Assembly: GCA_040006915.1 (NCBI GenBank)
Contig: JBDTWD010000003.1
Location: 38,023-102,022, forward strand
Direction of reading: 5' to 3'
DNA from: Candidatus Woesebacteria bacterium
GTDB taxonomy: Bacteria; Patescibacteriota; Microgenomatia; UBA1400; UBA12028
Length of the DNA stretch: 64,000 bases
Shown: positions 37,728 to 46,163 of the stretch, in pieces
Numbering within the stretch: position 1 is the stretch's first letter
How the letters are laid out: the number at the start of each line of letters is the position of its first letter
Position numbers and translations under genes: made by a program
The notes under the pieces: model-generated
Databases searched by the model: none
Seen by the model: only the letters and a program-made list of their open reading frames with translations
What the model was told of the DNA's origin: nothing

Positions 37728-39923
37728 ATGTCAGACGATCAAAAAACACCACCACCATCGCCACTCTCATCCACACAAGGAACTGCAAATTTGGATGATG
37801 TGCTGTCATCGTTGGAAAAACAGTTACCACAAGATTCAGCTACACCAGCGCCTGTTGACCCAGTCTCACCACCTAGTCCAACCCCACCTGTTACCCCTCC
37901 CGAGCCAATGCCTCCACTTACACCTGTAGAAGAAAAACCTGTTGAGCCAGTACCTCCGGTAATTCCACCTGCTCCAGAGCCAATGGCTTCAGCAGCCTCT
38001 ACCCCGACTCCACCGCCAGTTCCAACTTCTTCATCATTTGGTATTGAAGAAAACCACATTGAACCAGTAGCCACACCGGTTCCGGTAGCTACTCCTGAAC
38101 AAAGTCCCGTACTAACTGAAACGCTCAGAGAGCACCCTATGGTTGCGACGCAAACAACAACGACAACTGCTCCTCCTCCAAGAAAAAAAGGATTATTTGG
38201 AATTGATCCTAAGCTTATTGTGGGTGCTGCCGTTGTTTTCATTTTGGCAATTGGATCTGTTGCTGCATATTTGACAATTGGAGCACCAGCAGGTTCTTTG
38301 GATACGAGAAATCAAGCTTCCGGATGTAGTATTGTCTACAATCAAAACACTTTTACACTTACAAATTGTGTGGGATCTGGAACTATCACAAGGTTTAATG
38401 GACCGTCATGTCCAACAACACAGAATAAAGTAAGTGAGGTTCCTGCAACCGATGGTACTATTTCGCCTCAGCCGCCAGCAGGTCAATGTCAACAGGTCGA
38501 TCATAATTTTGGCGGAAATGGACCAGACGGGCTTCCAATTGGGGCTGGTGGAGTCTGTTCCTGTAATAGCGCTCCTTCCCCTACTCCTCAACCACGTGCT
38601 TGTGGTGAAGCATGTACCACAACAGCAAACTGCCGTAACCCAAGTACTGGAGGCTTTCCAGTTGAATGTCGCAACGGCAAATGTCAACTTCCCTTGACTG
38701 GTCCATACGCTTGTCCGGAAGGACAGTCTTCAGGTTCAATTTGTACCTGTGCAGCCAAAGTTCAATGTGGACAGCAATGTGGCCCTGCAGCTGGAGGGAA
38801 GTTGTGTAACCCTGGCAGTGTCTGCGGATTCTTGACTCCTTCAAACGCGTGCAAAGTGAACGGCGTTGATCAAAGTACAAAACAATACTGTATCCCTGTC
38901 AATCCAAATGGTGGATATAGCTCCAAGCGCTGTGACACCACTCCGGCAATCAACTATATTGCTGCTGACTCTTTGGTAAAACCAGACGGAACACAAACAA
39001 ACTTAACCGCTGCGGATGCAGTAGTTGCATGTACCCCAGTCTGTGGAGATAAGATTGTAGCTGGAAATGAAGAGTGTGATGCTGGAAGTGAAAATGGAAA
39101 GCCAGGATCAACTTGTGATGCAACGTGCAAAATGCGCAACGTCTGTGGCGACACTTGCTCTGCCGCTAGTGAATGCAATAAGCATTACGTTACCTTGCGA
39201 TGTAGTGTAGGCGCAACTGGAACAACCGAACGATACTGTGGATTAGATGCAATCGTTGAAAACGGAGTCACCATTGAAGAGAATAGTACCCGCTTCATCA
39301 AACCAGGAATGTGGAGAATCTCAAGTACTGCAGCTTTGAGTGGTGGATCTGAAATATACGACCACGAACAAGGTGCCACAATCTCCTTCTGGACCTCAGC
39401 AACAAATGTAACTCTCGTCTATACCAAAGCTTCAAATCGTGGAACCTTTAATATCCTTGTCGACGGAAAGCAGCAATCGGCAACTATCAATCAAAATGGG
39501 ACAACCACACAATACAAGCAAAATGCACTTATTACGGTTCGAGATGCCAGTATTCCTGAATATGTCTGCACCTCAAATACTTGCCGCCTGTCAACCAGCC
39601 CTGAGAGTCCGACCTGTGATGGGAATATTCCTTCTCCATCACCAACTCCATCGGCTCCACCACTCGCCTGTCTCCGTATTTCCTCTGATAATCCAACTCC
39701 AGTATTGGGAAGCCAAGTGCGATTCACTTGTGGCCTCGTCACTGGTGTTGATCGCTATGAATTCCGCTACAAGATGACATTCAATGGAGTTGATGGAGCT
39801 GGTGGAACACTCGCTGCAACTAATAATTTGTCTGCTCCTCTTACTGTTGATCAACCTGGAGATTATAAAGCACAGTGTCGGCCATGTGTTGGTCAGGCAT
39901 GTGCACCTTGGCAGAATTGGTAA
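37728..39923 (+). CDS. large bitopic Cys-rich protein: Pro-rich N-terminal ~165 aa, one TM, ~540-aa Cys-rich ectodomain including a myxo-type CGD..EECD repeat
   Basis: PPPSP/PVTPPEPMPPLTP N-terminus. TM LIVGAAVVFILAIGSVAAYLTIG. More than 50 Cys. CGDKIVAGNEECDAGSENG matches the myxococcal cysteine-rich repeat pattern. ACGEACTTTANC...C resembles the 8-Cys module. Confidence 0.55.
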   Translation: MSDDQKTPPPSPLSSTQGTANLDDVLSSLEKQLPQDSATPAPVDPVSPPSPTPPVTPPEPMPPLTPVEEKPVEPVPPVIPPAPEPMASAASTPTPPPVPTSSSFGIEENHIEPVATPVPVATPEQSPVLTETLREHPMVATQTTTTTAPPPRKKGLFGIDPKLIVGAAVVFILAIGSVAAYLTIGAPAGSLDTRNQASGCSIVYNQNTFTLTNCVGSGTITRFNGPSCPTTQNKVSEVPATDGTISPQPPAGQCQQVDHNFGGNGPDGLPIGAGGVCSCNSAPSPTPQPRACGEACTTTANCRNPSTGGFPVECRNGKCQLPLTGPYACPEGQSSGSICTCAAKVQCGQQCGPAAGGKLCNPGSVCGFLTPSNACKVNGVDQSTKQYCIPVNPNGGYSSKRCDTTPAINYIAADSLVKPDGTQTNLTAADAVVACTPVCGDKIVAGNEECDAGSENGKPGSTCDATCKMRNVCGDTCSAASECNKHYVTLRCSVGATGTTERYCGLDAIVENGVTIEENSTRFIKPGMWRISSTAALSGGSEIYDHEQGATISFWTSATNVTLVYTKASNRGTFNILVDGKQQSATINQNGTTTQYKQNALITVRDASIPEYVCTSNTCRLSTSPESPTCDGNIPSPSPTPSAPPLACLRISSDNPTPVLGSQVRFTCGLVTGVDRYEFRYKMTFNGVDGAGGTLAATNNLSAPLTVDQPGDYKAQCRPCVGQACAPWQNW

Positions 39924-39925
39924 CT

Positions 39926-40735
39926 ATGAAAAATCGAAAGTCTATCATCGCTGGTTTCATACTTTTTGTCCTAGTAGTGGCTGCTATTGGAGTGGTGATT
40001 ATCACTCGCCGAACTTCAGGAACACAATCTGTTGCTCCAACAGCTCCACAATCACAGCCAGCAGCAACATCTTGTACCCTTTCCTTTACGGTCGAAGGGA
40101 CACCTGGCCCTTCTGAAAGTCCAACCCCAACCCCTTCTGCATCACCGACAGCAAGCCCAAGTCCAACTCCAACCGCTACTCCTGTTGCTCAATGTAACAG
40201 TACTTGTGCGTCCGATAGTGACTGTCCTGCATCTATGACTTGTTCTAGTGGAACGTGTCGTAATCCAGCGTGTACAGACTCAGACAGCTGTGTATGTGCG
40301 ACTGCAACACCTGCTCCTACACCAACACCGACCCCAGGACCATCGTGTAACAGTGAATGCACCACCAATGATCAATGTCCGTCAAACTTAATCTGTGCTT
40401 CAGGTCGCTGCAGAATGCCAGGCTGCACTGCTCTGGATAGCTGTACTTGTGGACCAACCTGTAACTCAACCTGTACAACCAACTCTGACTGTCCAAGTGA
40501 TCTGATCTGTGCCTCGAATCAATGTCGCCGACCTGGATGTACAGCTCTGGATACGTGTTCATGTGGTACACCTGGACCAACAGCTACCCCTACAACTCCA
40601 CCAGTTGTGGTCCAAAGCACGCCTGTACCACAGGAAGTCCTTCCAGTCGCAGGTTCTTCCCTCCCAACAGCAGGGTTAGTAGGAACTGGGATCATCACTA
40701 TCATCATCGGAATCCTAGGGCTACTAGCACTCTAA
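39926..40735 (+). CDS. Cys-rich repeat surface protein with C-terminal LPTAG + TM sorting signal (start MKNRKS at 39926, 2 nt after the upstream gene)
   Basis: N-terminal TM/signal, PT-rich linker, three tandem 8-Cys modules, ...EVLPVAGSSLPTAG-LVGTGIITIIIGILGLLAL. Confidence 0.6.
   Translation: MKNRKSIIAGFILFVLVVAAIGVVIITRRTSGTQSVAPTAPQSQPAATSCTLSFTVEGTPGPSESPTPTPSASPTASPSPTPTATPVAQCNSTCASDSDCPASMTCSSGTCRNPACTDSDSCVCATATPAPTPTPTPGPSCNSECTTNDQCPSNLICASGRCRMPGCTALDSCTCGPTCNSTCTTNSDCPSDLICASNQCRRPGCTALDTCSCGTPGPTATPTTPPVVVQSTPVPQEVLPVAGSSLPTAGLVGTGIITIIIGILGLLAL
40193..40564 (+). repeat. three tandem copies of a ~35-aa 8-Cys module (CNSxCxxxxDCPSxLICASxxCRxPxCTALDSCxCG) encoded in-frame
   Basis: R1 AQCNSTCASDSDCPASMTCSSGTCRNPACTDSDSCVC. 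R2 PSCNSECTTNDQCPSNLICASGRCRMPGCTALDSCTCG. R3 PTCNSTCTTNSDCPSDLICASNQCRRPGCTALDTCSCG. Confidence 0.7.
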
Positions 40736-40832
40736 CTTCTCTTCGAAAAAGAACGCCATTTCATTGCTGACGTCCCTAAAAGAATGAGCATCACAAATAC
40801 ATGCTAGAAGAAAGTGCTTTCAGAGAGTTTCT

Positions 40833-41036
40833 TTAAGAAGCTTTTGATGGGACAGTTTTTTTGAAGCGGATAAAGGGAATGTTTACCTGCTTATCGCCTG
40901 AGTTTAAGGTGATCGCAAATCCCCCTTCGTTTAATTCGTTATGCTCTGCTAAAGAATCGAGTTGATCAATACGATCCCAAAACTCGTCATCAGTCAGCTG
41001 AATCAATTCCAATGGAAGTTGAAAAAAAGTTTGCAT
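40833..41036 (-). CDS. small hypothetical protein (67 aa)
   Basis: ORF only. Confidence 0.25.
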   Translation of the reverse strand: MQTFFQLPLELIQLTDDEFWDRIDQLDSLAEHNELNEGGFAITLNSGDKQVNIPFIRFKKTVPSKAS

Positions 41037-41115
41037 GAGACCTCTATCCTACCACTCTGTTCCATTTTTTCAAGAAAAGACACTTTGGATGTTATAATTT
41101 CCAGAGAGAAATAAG

Positions 41116-41189
41116 GGGCGTGTGGCGCAATCGGTTAGCGCAGGAAGCTTATACCTTCAAGGTTCCTGGTTCGAGTCCAGGCACGCCCA
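41116..41189 (+). tRNA. tRNA, anticodon loop CUUAUAC -> anticodon UAU (Ile, AUA-reading) by hand folding
   Basis: Acceptor GGGCGTG/CACGCCC, D-arm GCGC-AATCGGTTA-GCGC, anticodon arm GGAAG-CTTATAC-CTTCA (27-43 mismatch), variable AGGTT, T-arm CCTGG-TTCGAGT-CCAGG, discriminator A. CCA not encoded. Confidence 0.75.
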
Positions 41190-41395
41190 CAATCGTTGAA
41201 TAGGTTCATAAATTATGTGTGCTATGCCAGTTCTATCGAATGCGTGATACCATTTATGTAGTAGAAAAATGCATATATATGATTTCTTCTGTTCTCTGCC
41301 TACTTCTCATCAAACTTTAAGGCTTTTATGATATATATGTCTCGCGGTGATTCGACGTATAAACTGGGTGTACAATACACAAGTGAAAAGCAAAT

Positions 41396-41644
41396 ATGAT
41401 AAATATAAAGTTCGGCTCCAATAAAGAATCCAAATCATTCGTACTAAGCCTCTTCGACAAGACCATTGATAATGAAGGATATATCATTGAACAAAAATCA
41501 AAGAAGAGAGTGCTTAGTGCTGACGGACAGGAGATTACCCTCGAAGAATTTGGCGTGATTAAAAACGGTTCTGAAATCTTTGCAAAAGATGATATCGCCG
41601 CACTTGTTCGCTTTTACGAAAGGTACCTTAGCGATGCTAAGTAG
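41396..41644 (+). CDS. hypothetical protein (82 aa)
   Basis: ORF downstream of the tRNA, no motif. Confidence 0.35.
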   Translation: MINIKFGSNKESKSFVLSLFDKTIDNEGYIIEQKSKKRVLSADGQEITLEEFGVIKNGSEIFAKDDIAALVRFYERYLSDAK

Positions 41645-41653
41645 GTCTACTTT

Positions 41654-42466
41654 ATGTTGGATCTACTCCCTGGCTTAAAGACTATAATTGAGAAAGTTGG
41701 ACTGTCTGATTCGCTCAACCTCTTCTCCAACAACACGCAGAAAAACAACATCCTTAACGTAAATATAAACATCCAACCTGGAACTGATCCAAAAGCGCTC
41801 GCAGAAGTCGCTGTGGAGATGAAGAAACTCATACGAGGCAGTGAAGATGGTTTTTTGGGTGTAACGGACAAATCAGAAACAACGCTAGAGTTGATTGATG
41901 GATATGAAAAGAGTGATGTGGATGTGGAGCAAAGGAAGTTCGTGATGAGCTGTATTCCACAAAGAGATCGATCACTTTGGATGTCTGCACTAATACTTCG
42001 GAGACAATTCAAACTCATGGGCAATAAAGAAGAAGTTTGGCGAATTAAGGGGGATATGTCCAGATCGAGTTCTAGAGGGAAAAATATTGCCAATCTCTGT
42101 ACTGCAGGCTACTTGGAATCACATATAATTCCGCTGTATGAACACGTGGTTAATGAAAAACATGACGAGCAACAATTCATTGATATTTACTCAATGATCG
42201 TATCGGACTTCCCTTTTGCTGTTTTTGTGTCTCAGCTTCGATCAGATACGGAAATAAATGCAGAGATCGTTGAAAAAATCGAGACAGTTGGACAGTACGG
42301 ATGGAAGATGGTCAAGGTTCACGGGATCGGAGAGGAAAATGTAAAAAAAATTCAACGTGTAGTGCTGCAAGTACAAGATGAGAAAAAAGCTGAAATAATC
42401 AGCACTGATGTAGATTCCCACCGATCAGGCGGACAAATAATCGCTGTTACTTTCAATCTTAAATAG
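41654..42466 (+). CDS. hypothetical protein (270 aa)
   Basis: Clean ORF. Weak resemblance of C-terminal VKVHGIGEENVKKIQRVV to an Smr-type HGxG motif only. Confidence 0.45.
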   Translation: MLDLLPGLKTIIEKVGLSDSLNLFSNNTQKNNILNVNINIQPGTDPKALAEVAVEMKKLIRGSEDGFLGVTDKSETTLELIDGYEKSDVDVEQRKFVMSCIPQRDRSLWMSALILRRQFKLMGNKEEVWRIKGDMSRSSSRGKNIANLCTAGYLESHIIPLYEHVVNEKHDEQQFIDIYSMIVSDFPFAVFVSQLRSDTEINAEIVEKIETVGQYGWKMVKVHGIGEENVKKIQRVVLQVQDEKKAEIISTDVDSHRSGGQIIAVTFNLK

Positions 42467-43233
42467 AACAAAATTTTTCTACACTTTCATTAACACTCGT
42501 TTCCATTGAACTGCTAGAAAGTTCCACATACACTGAATGTGATACAATTCCGTTCTTAATAAATTGTTCTTGAGGTAGTCTCGACTAATTTAAATAAACA
42601 TTACCGAATACCTTTACCTTGTTTTGTGTTTCGTCTCATCGACAAGGTAATACGTCATATTGGGTCGGGGTGTGGGTGGCGTTGGCTCGCCTCTCACACC
42701 CGTAACCTCTCGATCGTATACTCCACCTCGAGGACCTCGAAGTCCCAACTGTCCGGAATCTTCCAATATCTCACCTGGTTTGTAAGTTCTTTTTGTGTTT
42801 GCCATAGCGATCACACTTTCTGCGAGGTACCTCAAGAACAATTCATCAAGCATAAAAAAAGCCACCCTCGGTTTGGTGGCGTGTCTCCTATTCTCCTGTT
42901 ACAGCACAAATTTAGTCACGGCACATATCGATGTTTGGGGTCTTATATTATTAAATCGTTAAAGAACGAAAAACCCCTTAGTACGTTGGCAAGGCTCCAG
43001 GTTATGGAACTTTGGCAAGTATTACCTTGCCGCCGTACTAAAGGGTCTTTCCTGGTTTATACTCCGCTTGCCATCAGAGTTTTTCTCGTAGTACTACTTT
43101 TACCAAAAGAGATAAATGAAATCAAGATTCAAATTCAACACAAGAAGTAATCTAATTGGTGGAAACCGTGTACGCAGTGGTGTTTATAGATAAATAGGTT
43201 CGCACATCGTCCACGAGTGCCCACTAACAGATT

Positions 43234-43824
43234 CTAGTCTCTTTTGTAGTGTGGTTGTCCATCTACATAGACTAACGATGATCCAGGAGGAATTGCGTAA
43301 ATATCTGGTAACTCTCTGCCTTTGCCTCCAGCATCTAATCCCCATCCGACCAGCCAATCAGATTGATCGTACTCTATAGCCATCCGTAGCTTAGGTAATC
43401 GCTCCTTTGTGCTTGTTCGAGCTATTAGAGTTACCATTGCTACCGAAGCACATTTATACGCCTTATAAACTCTTTCAAGAAAATGGGTAGTGGTCCCCGT
43501 ATCCACAATTTCATCGACCAAAAGAACATGATCTCCCGTGGGAATTTCCGTTGGGCCACTCACGAGCCTGGGAAATTGGACTTTCTGTTGATCTTGATAC
43601 GTACTGACATGCACAAAATCAAACTCTGTTGATAATCCTAACCTTGAGAGTTCCTGCATCAGCGTTATGGCGACGGGAGCACCACCCTTCATGACCGCAG
43701 TCACAACAAGACTTGTGTCACTTTTTTCATAATCAGGGGCAATGAGGTAAGCAAGCGAAGATAAACGTTCCCGTATTTCTGACTCTGGGTAAAGTAATCG
43801 CGCTGGTAAGATTTTTTCCGCCAT
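43234..43824 (-). CDS. hpt: hypoxanthine-guanine phosphoribosyltransferase
   Basis: PRPP-binding VLLVDEIVDTGTT, 196 aa. Confidence 0.8.
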   Translation of the reverse strand: MAEKILPARLLYPESEIRERLSSLAYLIAPDYEKSDTSLVVTAVMKGGAPVAITLMQELSRLGLSTEFDFVHVSTYQDQQKVQFPRLVSGPTEIPTGDHVLLVDEIVDTGTTTHFLERVYKAYKCASVAMVTLIARTSTKERLPKLRMAIEYDQSDWLVGWGLDAGGKGRELPDIYAIPPGSSLVYVDGQPHYKRD

Positions 43825-43829
43825 GTTTT

Positions 43830-46163
43830 TTAAAGCTTCGCTCGAACGGCTGTTTCTTGTTCCACAATATCTCGTGGACGACCGTATTTAATCCTTGAGA
43901 GCTCACGAATGAGTTCAGCGCGTTTGGGATCCATCAGTTTCTTCTCCCCTTCAATATCGCGCGTTAAGTCCATGCTAAATGGAGGAACAGGCTCGTTGTT
44001 CACAATGGTTTTGATGTAGACGTGATATTTTTCAATATTGGTTAAATCTGTTTCAGAAAATGTTGGCGCAAATTCATGTTGCAGAAAATTTGCATCCGGA
44101 ACACCAACACGGAAAGTTACCATCGAGCCAACGTTGCCAAAGACCGCGTTCTTTACGTCTTCTTCGATCTGAGCCACAAACTGGTTGGCAACAATCAAAT
44201 TTAGTCGGTACTTACGAGCTTCAGAAAGAATGGTAGCGAAATCTTCAGTTGCATAGTTTTGGAACTCATCGACGTAGAGATAGAAATCTCGACGCTGCTC
44301 CATCGGCATATCTTGACGACTCATGGCAGCCGTTAAAATCTTTGGCACCAAAATCAAACCTAAGAACTTGGCATCCTCTTCTCCCAATTTTCCTTTGGAT
44401 AAATTGACCAAGAGAATCTTTCCTTCATCCATAACCTGGCGGAAATTAAAAGCGCTTTGACTTTGGCCAATAATGTTTCGCATTACCTTATTGGTAATGA
44501 ATTTGCCAAATTTCGAAACGATGTAGTCTAGAACTTCAGACTTATGGAAATCACTCGTCTGGGCAATCTGGTCCGTCCAGTAGCGACGCACAACCGGATC
44601 TTTCACTTTCGGAAGCAGTTCCTGCACATACTTTTGATCAGTCAAACAGCGCACGAGTTCAATAAAAGTAGCCCCTGGTTCAGCCATAATAGTTAACATG
44701 GCGTTACGAATGGCATGCTCAAATCGTGGACCGATGATACCGGTTTTGTGTGGATCGTAGAGCTTGTACATTAACGCGATAATTGATCCCACCACAAAAT
44801 GCATCTGTTCTTCGGTCTGCGCTTCCATAATATTTAAACCCATCGGTCGTTCAGTATCAGATGGATTAAAGTAAATAACTTCTTCAGCTCGTTCTGGAGG
44901 GATAAGCTGCATGATATCTTCGACCAACTCTCCATGTGGATCCAAAACTGCCATCCCTTTTCCAGCTCTGATATCCTGCAAAATCATATCTTTTAAGAAT
45001 TCTGATTTTCCGGTACCAGTCTTTCCGACAATATACATGTGACGTTGACGATCTTTTTCCTCAATAAAGATCTCTTTCTTTGTCCCTCGATAATTACTTG
45101 AACCTAAGCGCATTCCAGAAGTTGCGATACTGGCCGGAGCCGGAGCCGACTTAGCTTTAAGCCAATTAATGTGGTGGGTTTCAACCGTTTTATTAGGGAA
45201 ATGCAGAATTGTAGACATCTCTTCAGAATTTAAAACAAATGCCCCGCGATCAAATAACGGCATGTAGCGATAAATGAAATCGACCATGAATAATTGCTTG
45301 AACAAAATTCTCGATCGCTTAAAGCTATTCGTTGGACTACTAAACTGAGCAAAAGCACCAAGAATGTTAGTTAAGTGAGAATTAGCCCTCCTGGCATCAA
45401 TTGATGAGACCACAACACGCAGAGCTACTTTAAATCCTGGTTTGGAAGCTTTGGTCTCAATGGCATCCAGTTTTTTAGGGTCATGATTATAGGAAGCTTT
45501 TTGTGGATCAGATTCTTTTTTCTTCGTATCGGCAACATACTTGCTTCCAGCTCGCTGCCATCCGGGACCAGCGGGCTCTAACACAAATTGCACAATTGCC
45601 CCCTCACCTTCATCCATTTTCGAAAGCGCTGAACTTAAGAGTGATAGTCCATCAGTGGGAAGATCTTTATATACTTTAATTGGTAGATACGTTTGACTGG
45701 CTAGAGTCAAAGCTGCAAACGCAACTTTGCCACCTTCTGAGAAAATATTGTATTCTTCCGCCTCTTCAATCTCTGCAGATGGATAGGCTCCATAAATTTG
45801 TTTTTCAATCAAATCAGTTAACTCCGCTGGAACCGTAACGTAAAAGGCAATGCTTTCGTGTAACGCCACAATTTCAAACGTAAAGTGATCTTCAGGTTTA
45901 AGAATTGATCCCACTCCTTCATTTTTTAAACTGTATAAACCGGCAAACATCTGTTCAGCTGCATCAATTTTTATTTCGTTCTCTTTAGGTAACAATACTT
46001 TGAGAACCTTAAAGCCAAGTGAGTATTTTTCTCTCCCACGGAATCGAAACCATTGGACAACCATATAGACGAGCCCTGCTCCGAAGATCAACGGGATCGC
46101 AAACAAGGCCAGGCTTGTGAGAATTTGGGTAACGACAATTGCAATATCAGTGGTTGGATCCAT
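43830..46163 (-). CDS. VirD4/TraG/TraD-family type IV coupling protein-like membrane ATPase
   Basis: Two N-terminal TM helices, Walker A YIVGKTGTGKSEF, Walker B FYLYVDEFQNY, C-terminal ...SEARKYRLNLIVANQFVAQIEE (TraG-D_C-like). Confidence 0.65.
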   Translation of the reverse strand: MDPTTDIAIVVTQILTSLALFAIPLIFGAGLVYMVVQWFRFRGREKYSLGFKVLKVLLPKENEIKIDAAEQMFAGLYSLKNEGVGSILKPEDHFTFEIVALHESIAFYVTVPAELTDLIEKQIYGAYPSAEIEEAEEYNIFSEGGKVAFAALTLASQTYLPIKVYKDLPTDGLSLLSSALSKMDEGEGAIVQFVLEPAGPGWQRAGSKYVADTKKKESDPQKASYNHDPKKLDAIETKASKPGFKVALRVVVSSIDARRANSHLTNILGAFAQFSSPTNSFKRSRILFKQLFMVDFIYRYMPLFDRGAFVLNSEEMSTILHFPNKTVETHHINWLKAKSAPAPASIATSGMRLGSSNYRGTKKEIFIEEKDRQRHMYIVGKTGTGKSEFLKDMILQDIRAGKGMAVLDPHGELVEDIMQLIPPERAEEVIYFNPSDTERPMGLNIMEAQTEEQMHFVVGSIIALMYKLYDPHKTGIIGPRFEHAIRNAMLTIMAEPGATFIELVRCLTDQKYVQELLPKVKDPVVRRYWTDQIAQTSDFHKSEVLDYIVSKFGKFITNKVMRNIIGQSQSAFNFRQVMDEGKILLVNLSKGKLGEEDAKFLGLILVPKILTAAMSRQDMPMEQRRDFYLYVDEFQNYATEDFATILSEARKYRLNLIVANQFVAQIEEDVKNAVFGNVGSMVTFRVGVPDANFLQHEFAPTFSETDLTNIEKYHVYIKTIVNNEPVPPFSMDLTRDIEGEKKLMDPKRAELIRELSRIKYGRPRDIVEQETAVRAKL

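Noticed and set aside
40440-40564. Possible DNA-level duplicate of 51660-51780 (recent duplication / mobile repeat)
   Set aside because: The encoded modules are near-identical in protein, but the nucleotide sequences differ at many synonymous positions. This is an old paralogy, not a mobile repeat.
41654-42466. Smr-domain call for the 270-aa orphan
   Set aside because: Only a C-terminal HGIG-like motif is present. The upstream DLxG-type motif is absent, which is too weak to annotate.
42614-43150. ORFs of 83 and 174 aa within the 42.5-43.2 kb gap
   Set aside because: Their translations are rich in W/C/H/R and lack secondary-structure-like periodicity. They are treated as noncoding; the region is kept as a finding instead.
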